From IMG/VR virus record IMGVR_UViG_3300031857_014466: a DNA stretch of 59,323 nucleotides; one strand, 5' to 3'. Positions 36,894-46,236 of the stretch are shown in pieces. The notes under the pieces were generated by a model. It did no database searches. It saw only the letters and a program-made list of their open reading frames with translations, and was not told the origin of the DNA. How positions within the stretch are numbered: the first letter of the stretch is position 1; every line of letters starts with the position of its first letter. The position numbers and the translations under genes are program-made. This DNA is from an uncultured virus (IMG/VR IMGVR_UViG_3300031857_014466) (Duplodnaviria > Heunggongvirae > Uroviricota > Caudoviricetes).

Positions 36894-37498
36894 TAGTAGA
36901 ATGTACGAAAGAATATTGGGAGTTTGTAAGACAACTACGAATGGATGCTAGAGTAATTGATGGGTTTTTAGAAACAACACCGATTACCGAAGAACAACAA
37001 ACAAAATATATGATTAGTAATTCACAAAACTATCGTATATGTTTATTTGATGGAAAGCCGGCAGGATATGTTGGTGTTATAGAAGATGATATCAGAGTAT
37101 GTACTCACCCTGATTTTTTTGGAATGGGTGTTGGTAAGTTTATGATAAAATCTGCTATGGCTATATGGCCAACCGCATACGCTAAAGTTAAATTAGGAAA
37201 TATTGCTAGTGATAAATTATTTCTTAGTTGTGGATTTGAAGTTAGTGGTAGAGATGATAAATTTACATACTACAAACTAAAAAATAAAATGGTAAGCCTA
37301 AAGAGTTCAATAACAGCAAAAGGTAAATATGTTTCTAAGATTCTACACTTTGTTGGTGGGGAGAAAAGAACATTTAATGGAGTAGATACTGACTCAATAA
37401 AGCAAGGTCAGTTTACAAAGTTTGAAACAAAAGATGGTAGACTTGTTATGATTAATGATAAGAATATCCTTTGTATAGAAATTATAAAAGAAGATTAA
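36887..37498 (+). CDS. GNAT acetyltransferase (PseH-like) with a C-terminal extra domain
   Basis: IT.EQ, AGYVG, HPDFFGMGVG, N.AS.KLF..CGF; internal in-frame ATG at 37289. Confidence 0.75.
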   Translation: MVIVECTKEYWEFVRQLRMDARVIDGFLETTPITEEQQTKYMISNSQNYRICLFDGKPAGYVGVIEDDIRVCTHPDFFGMGVGKFMIKSAMAIWPTAYAKVKLGNIASDKLFLSCGFEVSGRDDKFTYYKLKNKMVSLKSSITAKGKYVSKILHFVGGEKRTFNGVDTDSIKQGQFTKFETKDGRLVMINDKNILCIEIIKED

Positions 37499-37499
37499 T

Positions 37500-38132
37500 A
37501 TGATTAAATTACACAACCCTTACAAAATTGTAAAAATGTTTGAGGAAGAAGTAGCCGAATATACTGGAGCACCATTCGCTATTTCAATTGATAGTTGTAC
37601 AAATGCACTATTCTTAATTTGTAAGTATTTGGAAGTAAAAGAAGTTACTATTCCATCTAAAACTTACCTTTCAGTTCCACAATCAATTATACATGCCGGC
37701 GGTGAAGTGGTATTTGATAAAAGACCTGAAACAAATCATTGGGTAGGTGCATATCAATTAAAACCATATCCAATTTGGGATGCAGCTAAGAGATTCACAA
37801 AGGATATGTATATGCCCGGAACTTATATGGGATTATCATTCCACATCAAAAAGATATTACCAATTTGGAAAGGTGGTATGATTTTAACGGATGACCCTAA
37901 AGCAGCTGAATGGTTTAAGAGAGCTCGTTATGAAGGTAGAAGTGAGAAGTATTACAAAGATGATGATATTGAGTTCTTAGGATGGAATATGTATATGACT
38001 CCACAACAAGCAGCACATGGTTTAGCAGTAATGCAAAACCTACCTTTACACAATTCAGACCAGGGTGAATTAAATGGTTATAGAGACTTAACCGAATTCA
38101 CTGTGTTTAAAAATAATAAGGTTATAGAATAA
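37500..38132 (+). CDS. DegT/DnrJ/EryC1/StrS-family sugar aminotransferase, short form
   Basis: FEEEVAEY.G, SCTNAL, TY.SV, DAA, SFH.KK....KGGMILTDD. Confidence 0.85.
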   Translation: MIKLHNPYKIVKMFEEEVAEYTGAPFAISIDSCTNALFLICKYLEVKEVTIPSKTYLSVPQSIIHAGGEVVFDKRPETNHWVGAYQLKPYPIWDAAKRFTKDMYMPGTYMGLSFHIKKILPIWKGGMILTDDPKAAEWFKRARYEGRSEKYYKDDDIEFLGWNMYMTPQQAAHGLAVMQNLPLHNSDQGELNGYRDLTEFTVFKNNKVIE

Positions 38133-38989
38133 TGGTAACATTTCATAAATTAGGTGAAAACGGTAGATTGGGTAATCAATTATTTCAATACGCAGCATTA
38201 AAAGGATTGGCTACCAAAAATGGATATGATATGAAAATACCAAATCCACAAACAATGAGTTGGCATGGTCAGATTTGCTTATTAGATAAGTTTAATATTC
38301 AGTGCGAATATCTAACCCAAAAAGATGCCAATAATCTTCAACATATGTACGAAGAACCTAATTGGAAACAATATGATTCAAATTTTTTTAATTTACCTGA
38401 TAATACAACAATAGATGGATATTATCAAAGTATATTTTACTTTCAACATATTCAGAAAGAAATTAAAAAAGAACTTACTCCAATCAATTATTATTTGGAT
38501 AAAGGTATGGACTATATTGATTTCTTAAAAGAGGAACATCAATGTGAAATAGTAAGTGTGCATGTTAGGAGAGGTGATAATATGACAAATGGACAAATGG
38601 GATTGATTCAAGCATATGAGCCAGGTGGGATGTATGAAACTTATTTTAAGGAAGCTAAGAAAGTATTTGAAGGAAAGAACGTAAAGTTTTTAGTATTCAC
38701 AGGTGGACAAAGATTTAACGAAAATAATAGTATTGATATAGAATGGTGTAAACAATTTTTTGGTGAAGATGGATTCCTTTTTTCAGAAGGGCAAGACCAG
38801 ATTGATGATTATTGTAGAATAATGAGTTGTGACCATAATATACTATCGCATGCTAGTTCGTTTGGATGGTGGGCAGCATATGTTAATCCAAATCCAAATA
38901 AAATAGTTGTAGCACCGGAATGGTATCATCCCGATGAACCAACTTTAAAAAGAGAAATGTTTTATCCAACAAATTATATATTATGTTAG
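38132..38989 (+). CDS. GT11 alpha-1,2-fucosyltransferase-like
   Basis: GRLGNQLFQYA, GYYQS..YF, HVRRGD, SSFGWWAAY. Confidence 0.92.
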   Translation: MVTFHKLGENGRLGNQLFQYAALKGLATKNGYDMKIPNPQTMSWHGQICLLDKFNIQCEYLTQKDANNLQHMYEEPNWKQYDSNFFNLPDNTTIDGYYQSIFYFQHIQKEIKKELTPINYYLDKGMDYIDFLKEEHQCEIVSVHVRRGDNMTNGQMGLIQAYEPGGMYETYFKEAKKVFEGKNVKFLVFTGGQRFNENNSIDIEWCKQFFGEDGFLFSEGQDQIDDYCRIMSCDHNILSHASSFGWWAAYVNPNPNKIVVAPEWYHPDEPTLKREMFYPTNYILC

Positions 38990-39927
38990 TTATAAAAGAT
39001 ATGGGTGGTGATACACCGGATGGCGTAAACGATTATTTAAAAATAGAAAGACATTCAGAACAAAGTGATACTGATGTTTTAATGTATGGTATTAATACAA
39101 CTATAAATTCAAGCATTCAAAATGAATACAAACATTTTGAAAGTAGAAAACTATTAAACCTTTGGCAGCCTTGTGAATTTGTATTTGAAAAAGACCCAGC
39201 AGGCCAAAACGCATTTGAGCAAACTTTGTATTTTACAAAAATATATTCAATTTGCCCATATACCGCAAAATGGTTAAATACACTTTTTGGTGATGATAGG
39301 CATGAAGCTATATTTTATCCTTTTGGTGATGATATAATTCCACAAAGACAAGAAAAAATATATGATGTTTGTTATTTTGGTGGATTGCATGGAATAGACC
39401 ATGTACAATGTTTGGACCAAATAAGAAATTTTAATTATAGATTTATATCACAACAAAGATATCCAGATCCATACGCTCCTACGGATTATAATGTATCATT
39501 TAAAGAAAAATTAGATATTGTTGGAAAAACAAAAATATCGGTATGTTATAATTTATTACATTTTAGACCTGACCAGCAAGTTGTTGTAAAGATGCATGAG
39601 GGATGGGATACAAATGAAGCATTCGCTTATATGGATGATAGTGGTAGAGTACCACAATTCAAACAAAGAGTACACGAATCCGCATTTAATAGAACTTTAA
39701 TTTTGTGTAAAAGAGACCATTGGAATATAATAGAAGATTATTATACACCTTATGAAGATTTTATTTATTTTAATGAAAATTATGAATTGGAAGGGTTGAT
39801 TAAAGATGTATTAAATAATTACAAAGATTACGAAGGTATGATTGAAAATGCATATAATAAAAGTTTAAATTATACTTCAAAAAATTTATACGAACATATA
39901 AAAAACAATAAAAAATGGAAACAGTAA
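38983..39927 (+). CDS. Putative glycosyltransferase (GT-B/CgeB-like C-terminus)
   Basis: K.YDVCYFG, K..I....KIS.C.N, K.R.HE, IEDYY.P..DFIYF, MIENAY. Confidence 0.6.
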   Translation: MLVIKDMGGDTPDGVNDYLKIERHSEQSDTDVLMYGINTTINSSIQNEYKHFESRKLLNLWQPCEFVFEKDPAGQNAFEQTLYFTKIYSICPYTAKWLNTLFGDDRHEAIFYPFGDDIIPQRQEKIYDVCYFGGLHGIDHVQCLDQIRNFNYRFISQQRYPDPYAPTDYNVSFKEKLDIVGKTKISVCYNLLHFRPDQQVVVKMHEGWDTNEAFAYMDDSGRVPQFKQRVHESAFNRTLILCKRDHWNIIEDYYTPYEDFIYFNENYELEGLIKDVLNNYKDYEGMIENAYNKSLNYTSKNLYEHIKNNKKWKQ

Positions 39928-40865
39928 AAGGAAAAAAGTTTTTGGTAACAGGAGGAACTGGGTTCTTAGGGCAGAATTTTGTAAAGTATGTTATTGATAA
40001 TGGTGGTGAAGCAGATTTTTTTGGTTCAAACTATAATTTATCAATACTATCTGAAGCAGAAAGAGCCTTTACCGAATTTAATAAAACATATGATTATATT
40101 ATTCATGCCGCAGTTTTGCAAGGCGCAGGTGATTGGCCATTAAAACATAAAGCAGAACAATTTGATATTAATTGTAGAATACATACAAATACATTTAGCT
40201 GTTGGCACAAATATCAACCACAAGCTAAGTTAATTGGAATTGGTAGTTCTTGTTCATATCCTGGTGATATTCAAGAATTGAGCGAAACTGATTATTGGAA
40301 TGGTGCTATGCATGAATCAGTTGACATTTATGGATTGACAAAAAAAGTTATGACAACTGGTATTAAAGCATATAAAGAACAATATGGATTAAAAGGAACT
40401 ACTGTTGTTTTTGCAACTTTGTATGGTCCACATGATTCATTTGATAAAGAAAAGGCACACGTTGTATCAGCATTAATTAGAAAGTTTGTTGAGGCAAAAG
40501 ATAATAATTTACCTGAAGTTGAAGTGTGGGGAGATGGAACTCAAACTAGAGAACTAATTTATGTTGAAGACCAAATAAAAGCCCTATTAGCAGTAATTGA
40601 TTATGATGGCGAAATTATAAACATTGGTACAGGTTCAACCACAACAATTAGAGATTTAGCAGAAACTATTAAAACTTTGGTTGGGTATGATGGTAATATA
40701 TTCTATAATACAAACCGATTCGTTGGTGTAAAGCATAAAGTTTTAAAAGTGGATTTGGCAAAACAAATGTACGGATGGATGGATATTATTCAGCCTGATA
40801 CATTAGAGAACAATCTTAGAAAGACCATTAATTGGTATAACGAAAATAAACATTTAATAAAGTAA
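39915..40865 (+). CDS. GDP-L-fucose synthase-like epimerase/reductase, copy 1
   Basis: TGGTGFLG, GSSCSYP, YGLTK, LYGPHD.F...AHVVSALIRKF, WGDGTQTRE. Confidence 0.85.
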   Translation: METVKGKKFLVTGGTGFLGQNFVKYVIDNGGEADFFGSNYNLSILSEAERAFTEFNKTYDYIIHAAVLQGAGDWPLKHKAEQFDINCRIHTNTFSCWHKYQPQAKLIGIGSSCSYPGDIQELSETDYWNGAMHESVDIYGLTKKVMTTGIKAYKEQYGLKGTTVVFATLYGPHDSFDKEKAHVVSALIRKFVEAKDNNLPEVEVWGDGTQTRELIYVEDQIKALLAVIDYDGEIINIGTGSTTTIRDLAETIKTLVGYDGNIFYNTNRFVGVKHKVLKVDLAKQMYGWMDIIQPDTLENNLRKTINWYNENKHLIK

Positions 40866-40866
40866 T

Positions 40867-41418
40867 ATGTCACAATTTAAAAACAGAAGAGAATTAATTT
40901 TACATCTTAACAATACTAATACTAAAATAGTAGTAGAAGTTGGTGTAAGAGAGGGATATTTTAGTAAATTTATCTTAGATAATACATCAGTTGAAAAATT
41001 ATACGCAATTGACCCTTGGGAAAAAAACCCAGAATTAGAACATGGTGCACAAGAAGCATTTGATACATGTCATAGATTATTAGACCCATTTGGTGACAGA
41101 GCAGAAATGATTAAAGGATTTTCACCATCAGCAGCTGAAATGTTTGAAGATGATAGTTTAGATTTTGTTTATATTGATGGTTTACATGATTATGAATCTG
41201 TAAAAGCAGATATCGAAGGATTTTATCCAAAAGTTAAGAAAGGTGGAATTATAGCTGGACATGATTATCACGAAGGTGATTGGCCTGGAGTATATAACGC
41301 TGTAAATGAGTTTATAGCAAATAACGGACTGGAATTTAACTTAACGGGTATAGATTCGCCTGATTACGAAATTGAGCACGATGGACAAAAACCATCTTGG
41401 TGGGCATATAAAAAATAA
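40867..41418 (+). CDS. Class I SAM methyltransferase (Methyltransf_24-like)
   Basis: VEVGVREG, IDPW, LDFVYIDG.H.YE.V..D, GGIIAGHDY. Confidence 0.88.
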   Translation: MSQFKNRRELILHLNNTNTKIVVEVGVREGYFSKFILDNTSVEKLYAIDPWEKNPELEHGAQEAFDTCHRLLDPFGDRAEMIKGFSPSAAEMFEDDSLDFVYIDGLHDYESVKADIEGFYPKVKKGGIIAGHDYHEGDWPGVYNAVNEFIANNGLEFNLTGIDSPDYEIEHDGQKPSWWAYKK

Positions 41419-41426
41419 AATAAAAT

Positions 41427-42374
41427 ATGAAAAGCTGGATAAATAAAAATATACTAATTACAGGAGCTAATGGATTTGTTGGAAAGGCACTTGTAAGAAT
41501 TTTAAAAGAAATGGGTGCTAACAACTTATTAACACCATCATCTAAAGAATTAGATTTAACAAAGCAATCGCACGTTAAAACTTATTTTGAAATATACAAA
41601 CCACAAATAGTATTTCATTTAGCAGGTAAGGTTGGTGGTGTTGCTATTAATAAAGCAAAACCCGCTGAGTTCTTTTATGAAAATATTACAATGGGTATTT
41701 TTGTAATGAATACCGCATATCAATGTGGTGCAGAAAAAGTTGTATCTTTAGCAGCTGGTTGTGGGTATCCAAAACATTTACCTGTTCCATTTACAGAGGA
41801 AGGATTTTGGCAGGGATTGCCTGATGAAAATTCTTATGGATATTCATTAGCTAAGAAAAATTTAATTATACAAAGTTGGGCATACAGAGAGCAATATGGA
41901 TTTGATTCAACAATATTACTTCCTGCAAACTTATATGGTCCTGAAGATAACTTTAATTTAGAAGCATCGCATGTAGTACCTGCTTTAATTAGAAAGTTTA
42001 TTGAAGCAAAGGATAATAATTTACCTTCGGTAGAAGTTTGGGGAACTGGTAAAGCAACTAGAGAATTTCTTTATGTTGATGATGCTGTAAAAGCAATTAT
42101 TGATTCTGTTGATTGTAAAGAATCAGGCCCTTTCAATTTAGGAACGGGTGTTGAAACAACTGTAAAAGAATTAGTAGAAACTATTTCAAACTTAGTTGGT
42201 TATGAAGGTCAAATAGTTTGGAATTCCGATAGACCAGATGGACAACCTAGAAGATTTTATGATATGAGTAAATTTAGAGAAGCTTATGGATATGTTCCAA
42301 ATACTAAATTAAACGATGGTTTAAAAATTACTATTGATTGGTTTATTAAAAATAAAAATAATATTAGAAAATAA
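41427..42374 (+). CDS. fcl: GDP-L-fucose synthase-like epimerase/reductase, copy 2
   Basis: TGANGFVG, HLAGKVGG, C.YP, YSLAK, PANLYGPEDNF...SHVVPALIRKF, WGTG.ATREFLYVDD, PDGQPRR. Confidence 0.9.
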   Translation: MKSWINKNILITGANGFVGKALVRILKEMGANNLLTPSSKELDLTKQSHVKTYFEIYKPQIVFHLAGKVGGVAINKAKPAEFFYENITMGIFVMNTAYQCGAEKVVSLAAGCGYPKHLPVPFTEEGFWQGLPDENSYGYSLAKKNLIIQSWAYREQYGFDSTILLPANLYGPEDNFNLEASHVVPALIRKFIEAKDNNLPSVEVWGTGKATREFLYVDDAVKAIIDSVDCKESGPFNLGTGVETTVKELVETISNLVGYEGQIVWNSDRPDGQPRRFYDMSKFREAYGYVPNTKLNDGLKITIDWFIKNKNNIRK

Positions 42375-43159
42375 TGATTAATTTAAATTATAGTATTCCA
42401 AAAAATATAAGTAAAGTAAGGATAGATGTGGGAATGTCATCAACAGGACCAAACGCAGCTTATTGGTTAAATAAATATGATGATATTGTTGTAATTGGTG
42501 TTGAACCAAATCCTACAAATTTTCAAAGAATAATGGATGGTAAATTTATAGTAGGTGGTGAAATTCAAATTATTGCTGAAGAAAATATAGTTAAAATTGG
42601 ACATGGTGAGGTTTTGTGTAATTATATAGATAAGGGAAATTATTTTATACCATTTGAAGCAGCTATAGATAATGTAAATGAAATAACTAAAAAAACTTTT
42701 TATTGCACTGATATAACAAATACAGGCTGTTCTTCTTTACATAAACCAATTGATGAATTATTAAATGGTGCAAAAACAGAAAGACAAGTTGATGTTGATG
42801 TTGTATCTTTGGAAAAAATTTTAGAAAATTTTCCATTTGAACAAATACCAGTTATAGAATTTTTAAAGACAGATACGCAGGCAAACGATTTAAATGTTGT
42901 TAAAAGTTGTGGAAAATATTTGGAAAGAGTTTGTTTTATATTTTCTGAGTATTATGCACACTCTGCTTATGAAGGTGAAAAATCTCAATATGAGTGTATG
43001 GCTGAATTCGATACATATATGAAAGAAAATGGATTTAAACAATTTTATTGTAGTGGTACTGATATTGGATATATAAATGAAAACTTAATTCCATATATTA
43101 TTAGTCACAATATATTGAATGATTGTATAGAATTTCAAAATGGATATAATTGGTTATGA
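42374..43159 (+). CDS. FkbM-family methyltransferase
   Basis: IDVG, GVEPNP, GCSSL, LKTDTQ..DL.V. Confidence 0.8.
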   Translation: MINLNYSIPKNISKVRIDVGMSSTGPNAAYWLNKYDDIVVIGVEPNPTNFQRIMDGKFIVGGEIQIIAEENIVKIGHGEVLCNYIDKGNYFIPFEAAIDNVNEITKKTFYCTDITNTGCSSLHKPIDELLNGAKTERQVDVDVVSLEKILENFPFEQIPVIEFLKTDTQANDLNVVKSCGKYLERVCFIFSEYYAHSAYEGEKSQYECMAEFDTYMKENGFKQFYCSGTDIGYINENLIPYIISHNILNDCIEFQNGYNWL

Positions 43160-44139
43160 AAAAAGTATTAGTTACAGGTGGTGCAGGATTTATAGGTTCT
43201 AATTTGGTTAAACGATTAGTTGAAAAAGGATATAAAGTTACTGCTATTGATAATTTTGAAAGGGGTAAATTAGAATTTGTTGAAAATACAAAATCACTTA
43301 AATTGATTGTGTGTGATTTGACAAATTATGAAATAATGCATCAATTTTTTGAAGGACAAGATATTGTTATACACTTAGCATCTAAAGTTGGTGGTATTGG
43401 GGTTTATTTGGATACTCCATATCAAGTGATGAAAGCAAATATGGAAATGGATGCAAATGTATTGAAAGCAGTATTGGAATACAAAATAGATACATATTTT
43501 TACGCATCTTCCGCACACATTTATCCAAAAGAATTACAAATGATTGCAGATTCTCCGATGATTAAAGAATCAGACGCATATCCAGCTAATCCCGAACTAA
43601 CATATGGTTGGGCAAAATTAATTGGAGAAAAATCAATCGAAGCTGCAATAGTTGAAAACGATTGGTTGAAAGCAGCAATAGCAAGATTCATTGGTATCTA
43701 CGGACCAAACCAAGATTTTGGATTAGAAACTGGTTCGGTAATTCCTGTATTCTCTCATAGAGCAATCAAATATCCTGAAGTACCATTTAAAGTATGGGGA
43801 ACTGGTAAGGAAACTCGTTCTTATTGTTATATTGATGATGCTTTAGATTGTATTGAAAAGATGATTGAAGCAATGGATACAAAACAATTAGTTGGACCAT
43901 ATAATGTTGGTAAAGGTGAAAGATGTACAATTGAAGATATAGCTAAAACAGCAATAGATATTAGTGGAAAGGATATTGAAGTTGAATGGGATACTGATAA
44001 AAAAACAGTTATATGGGGGCAGTGGTGTGATGTATCTAAAGTAAAAGAAGAATTGGGATGGGAAGCTCAAACATCATTAAAAGATGGTATGATAAAAGTA
44101 TATAACAACATAAAAAATAGAATACAAAATGAAGAATAA
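43156..44139 (+). CDS. NAD-dependent epimerase (GDP-mannose 3,5-epimerase-like)
   Basis: TGGAGFIGS, HLASKVGG, YASSAHIYP, ESDAYPA.P..TYGWAK, WGTGKETRSYCYIDD. Confidence 0.85.
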   Translation: MKKVLVTGGAGFIGSNLVKRLVEKGYKVTAIDNFERGKLEFVENTKSLKLIVCDLTNYEIMHQFFEGQDIVIHLASKVGGIGVYLDTPYQVMKANMEMDANVLKAVLEYKIDTYFYASSAHIYPKELQMIADSPMIKESDAYPANPELTYGWAKLIGEKSIEAAIVENDWLKAAIARFIGIYGPNQDFGLETGSVIPVFSHRAIKYPEVPFKVWGTGKETRSYCYIDDALDCIEKMIEAMDTKQLVGPYNVGKGERCTIEDIAKTAIDISGKDIEVEWDTDKKTVIWGQWCDVSKVKEELGWEAQTSLKDGMIKVYNNIKNRIQNEE

Positions 44140-45070
44140 AGTTTTAATCACAGGCGGTGCTGGTTATCTAGGTTCTACACTTACAGAACATTTATTAGAT
44201 AACGGATATGAAGTTACGGTATTGGATAATTTAATGTATGACCAATTATCACTTTTACACTTATTTAAAAGAGATGGTTTTAAATTTGAATTGGGTGATG
44301 TTAGGAATACTATATTATTGCAAAAATTAGTAATGGAAAATGATATTATTATTCCGTTAGCAGCAATTGTTGGTATGCCCGCATGTAAGGCAAACCCCGA
44401 ATTAACAGTAGCAGTAAACTATCAACAAGTAGTAGATGTGTTGGAAGTATTAAGAGATGACCAAAAGTTAATCTTACCTAATACTAATTCACAATATGGT
44501 TCATCTGATTCAATTATCACAGAAGAATCTCCATTCAAACCATTATCATTGTATGCAACAACTAAGTGTGATGCTGAGAACGCAATGTTAGCAAAAGGAA
44601 ATGGTGTATCATTAAGATTAGCAACGGTGTTTGGTGTATCATCTAGAATGAGAACTGACCTTTTGGTAAATGATTTTACATATAAGAGTGTTGTTGATGG
44701 GTATTTGGTATTATTTGAAGCACACTTTAAAAGAAACTATATACACGTACAAGATATAGCTCGTACATTCCAATTTATTATTGAAAATTACGATAGATGC
44801 AAAGGACAAGCATTCAATGTTGGTTTATCAACGGCAAATTGTTCTAAGTTAGAATTAGCAGAAAAAATTAAAGAACATATTCCATCTTTGGTAATTAAGC
44901 AAGATGATTTTAAAGAAGATTTTGATAAGAGAAACTACATCGTATCAAACGAAAAATTAGAATCATTGGGATGGAAACCAATTTATGATTTAGATTACGG
45001 AATCAAACAATTGATACAGGCTTACAAATTAGTAGTTAAGAAAAACAATCAAAATTTTACAAATTTATAA
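44129..45070 (+). CDS. NAD-dependent epimerase/dehydratase
   Basis: TGGAGYLGS, LAAIVGMPAC, YATTK, RLATVFG.S.RMR.DLLVN. Confidence 0.9.
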   Translation: MKNKVLITGGAGYLGSTLTEHLLDNGYEVTVLDNLMYDQLSLLHLFKRDGFKFELGDVRNTILLQKLVMENDIIIPLAAIVGMPACKANPELTVAVNYQQVVDVLEVLRDDQKLILPNTNSQYGSSDSIITEESPFKPLSLYATTKCDAENAMLAKGNGVSLRLATVFGVSSRMRTDLLVNDFTYKSVVDGYLVLFEAHFKRNYIHVQDIARTFQFIIENYDRCKGQAFNVGLSTANCSKLELAEKIKEHIPSLVIKQDDFKEDFDKRNYIVSNEKLESLGWKPIYDLDYGIKQLIQAYKLVVKKNNQNFTNL

Positions 45071-45071
45071 T

Positions 45072-45476
45072 ATGGCAGAAAGAAAATACCTACCTACATT
45101 GAGTGAATTAGTTGACCGTTTAAGTATCGTTCAATTAAAAGAAGTTTTTATTACCGAACATAAAGAAGAATATGCGGAAGAAATAAAAGCAATTGTGCAT
45201 GATATTCAATTGTATTTGAATGAGAGTAAAGAACCAATTACAGCAGAAACAATCAGAGCAATTGTAGTTCTTTCTCAAATGAACTTACATATTTGGCATA
45301 ATGAATCAAATTATCGTAAGGGAATTAAAGATGGTAATAATTTAGAATTAACACATGGATTAAATGGAATCCGAAATGTTGCTAAAAACAAAATCCAAGA
45401 AGTAATGGGTGGTAGAAAAGATTATAAAATTGATTGTTTAGCAGCAGAATTTAAAGACTGGGAAATTAGTTGGTAA
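45072..45476 (+). CDS. Hypothetical helical protein
   Basis: ELVDRLSI..LK, N..IWH.E, N.IR...KNKI. Confidence 0.65.
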   Translation: MAERKYLPTLSELVDRLSIVQLKEVFITEHKEEYAEEIKAIVHDIQLYLNESKEPITAETIRAIVVLSQMNLHIWHNESNYRKGIKDGNNLELTHGLNGIRNVAKNKIQEVMGGRKDYKIDCLAAEFKDWEISW

Positions 45477-45477
45477 T

Positions 45478-46236
45478 ATGAAGATATTAGTTATAGGAGA
45501 TAGTTGTAAAGACGTTTTTATTTATGGTAAAGCAAATAGGCTTTGTCCTGAAGCTCCTGTGCCTGTATTTATTCCACAAAGAAAAACTGAAACTGGTGGA
45601 ATGGCAGCTAACGTATATGAAAACATAGAATCGTTGGGAGTGGAAGTTGATTTGGTAACAAATTCGGAAGTTATTACTAAGACAAGATATGTTGAAGAAA
45701 AAACAAATCATCAAATTATTAGAGTAGATTCTGATGCTTCAAAGTCAAAAAGAGTAGAAGGATTGGAACATATACCTTTCGAAAACTATTGCGCAGTTAT
45801 TATATCAGATTACAATAAAGGATTTTTAGAGTATGATGATATTGAATACATTTGTTCAAAGCATGATACTGTGTTCATAGATACAAAAAAGATTGTAAAT
45901 GAAAAAATGTTGGGAGCTCGTTTTATTAAAATAAATGAACATGAGTATGAAAATAATATAGCAGCTGGACAATACTTTGACCAATTCTATGATAAGTTAA
46001 TTGTAACAATGAGTGGTAAAGGATGTAAATACAAAGATAAAGTGTTTCATGTAGAAGAAGTTGAAGTTAGAGATAATAGTGGAGCAGGAGATACTTTTAT
46101 TTCAGGATTAGCAATTCAATATTGTAGAACAAATGATATTGAGAGTGCTATCATTTATGGTAATGAATGTGCAACAATAGCAGTTCAACATAAAGGAGTT
46201 ACTAAAGTTGGTAAACATTTAAAAGCTCTTCCGTGA
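45478..46236 (+). CDS. PfkB-family sugar kinase (RfaE/HldE kinase-like)
   Basis: IGDS..D, RLCPEAPVPV, GGMAANV, ISDYNKG, D.SGAGDTF. Confidence 0.9.
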   Translation: MKILVIGDSCKDVFIYGKANRLCPEAPVPVFIPQRKTETGGMAANVYENIESLGVEVDLVTNSEVITKTRYVEEKTNHQIIRVDSDASKSKRVEGLEHIPFENYCAVIISDYNKGFLEYDDIEYICSKHDTVFIDTKKIVNEKMLGARFIKINEHEYENNIAAGQYFDQFYDKLIVTMSGKGCKYKDKVFHVEEVEVRDNSGAGDTFISGLAIQYCRTNDIESAIIYGNECATIAVQHKGVTKVGKHLKALP

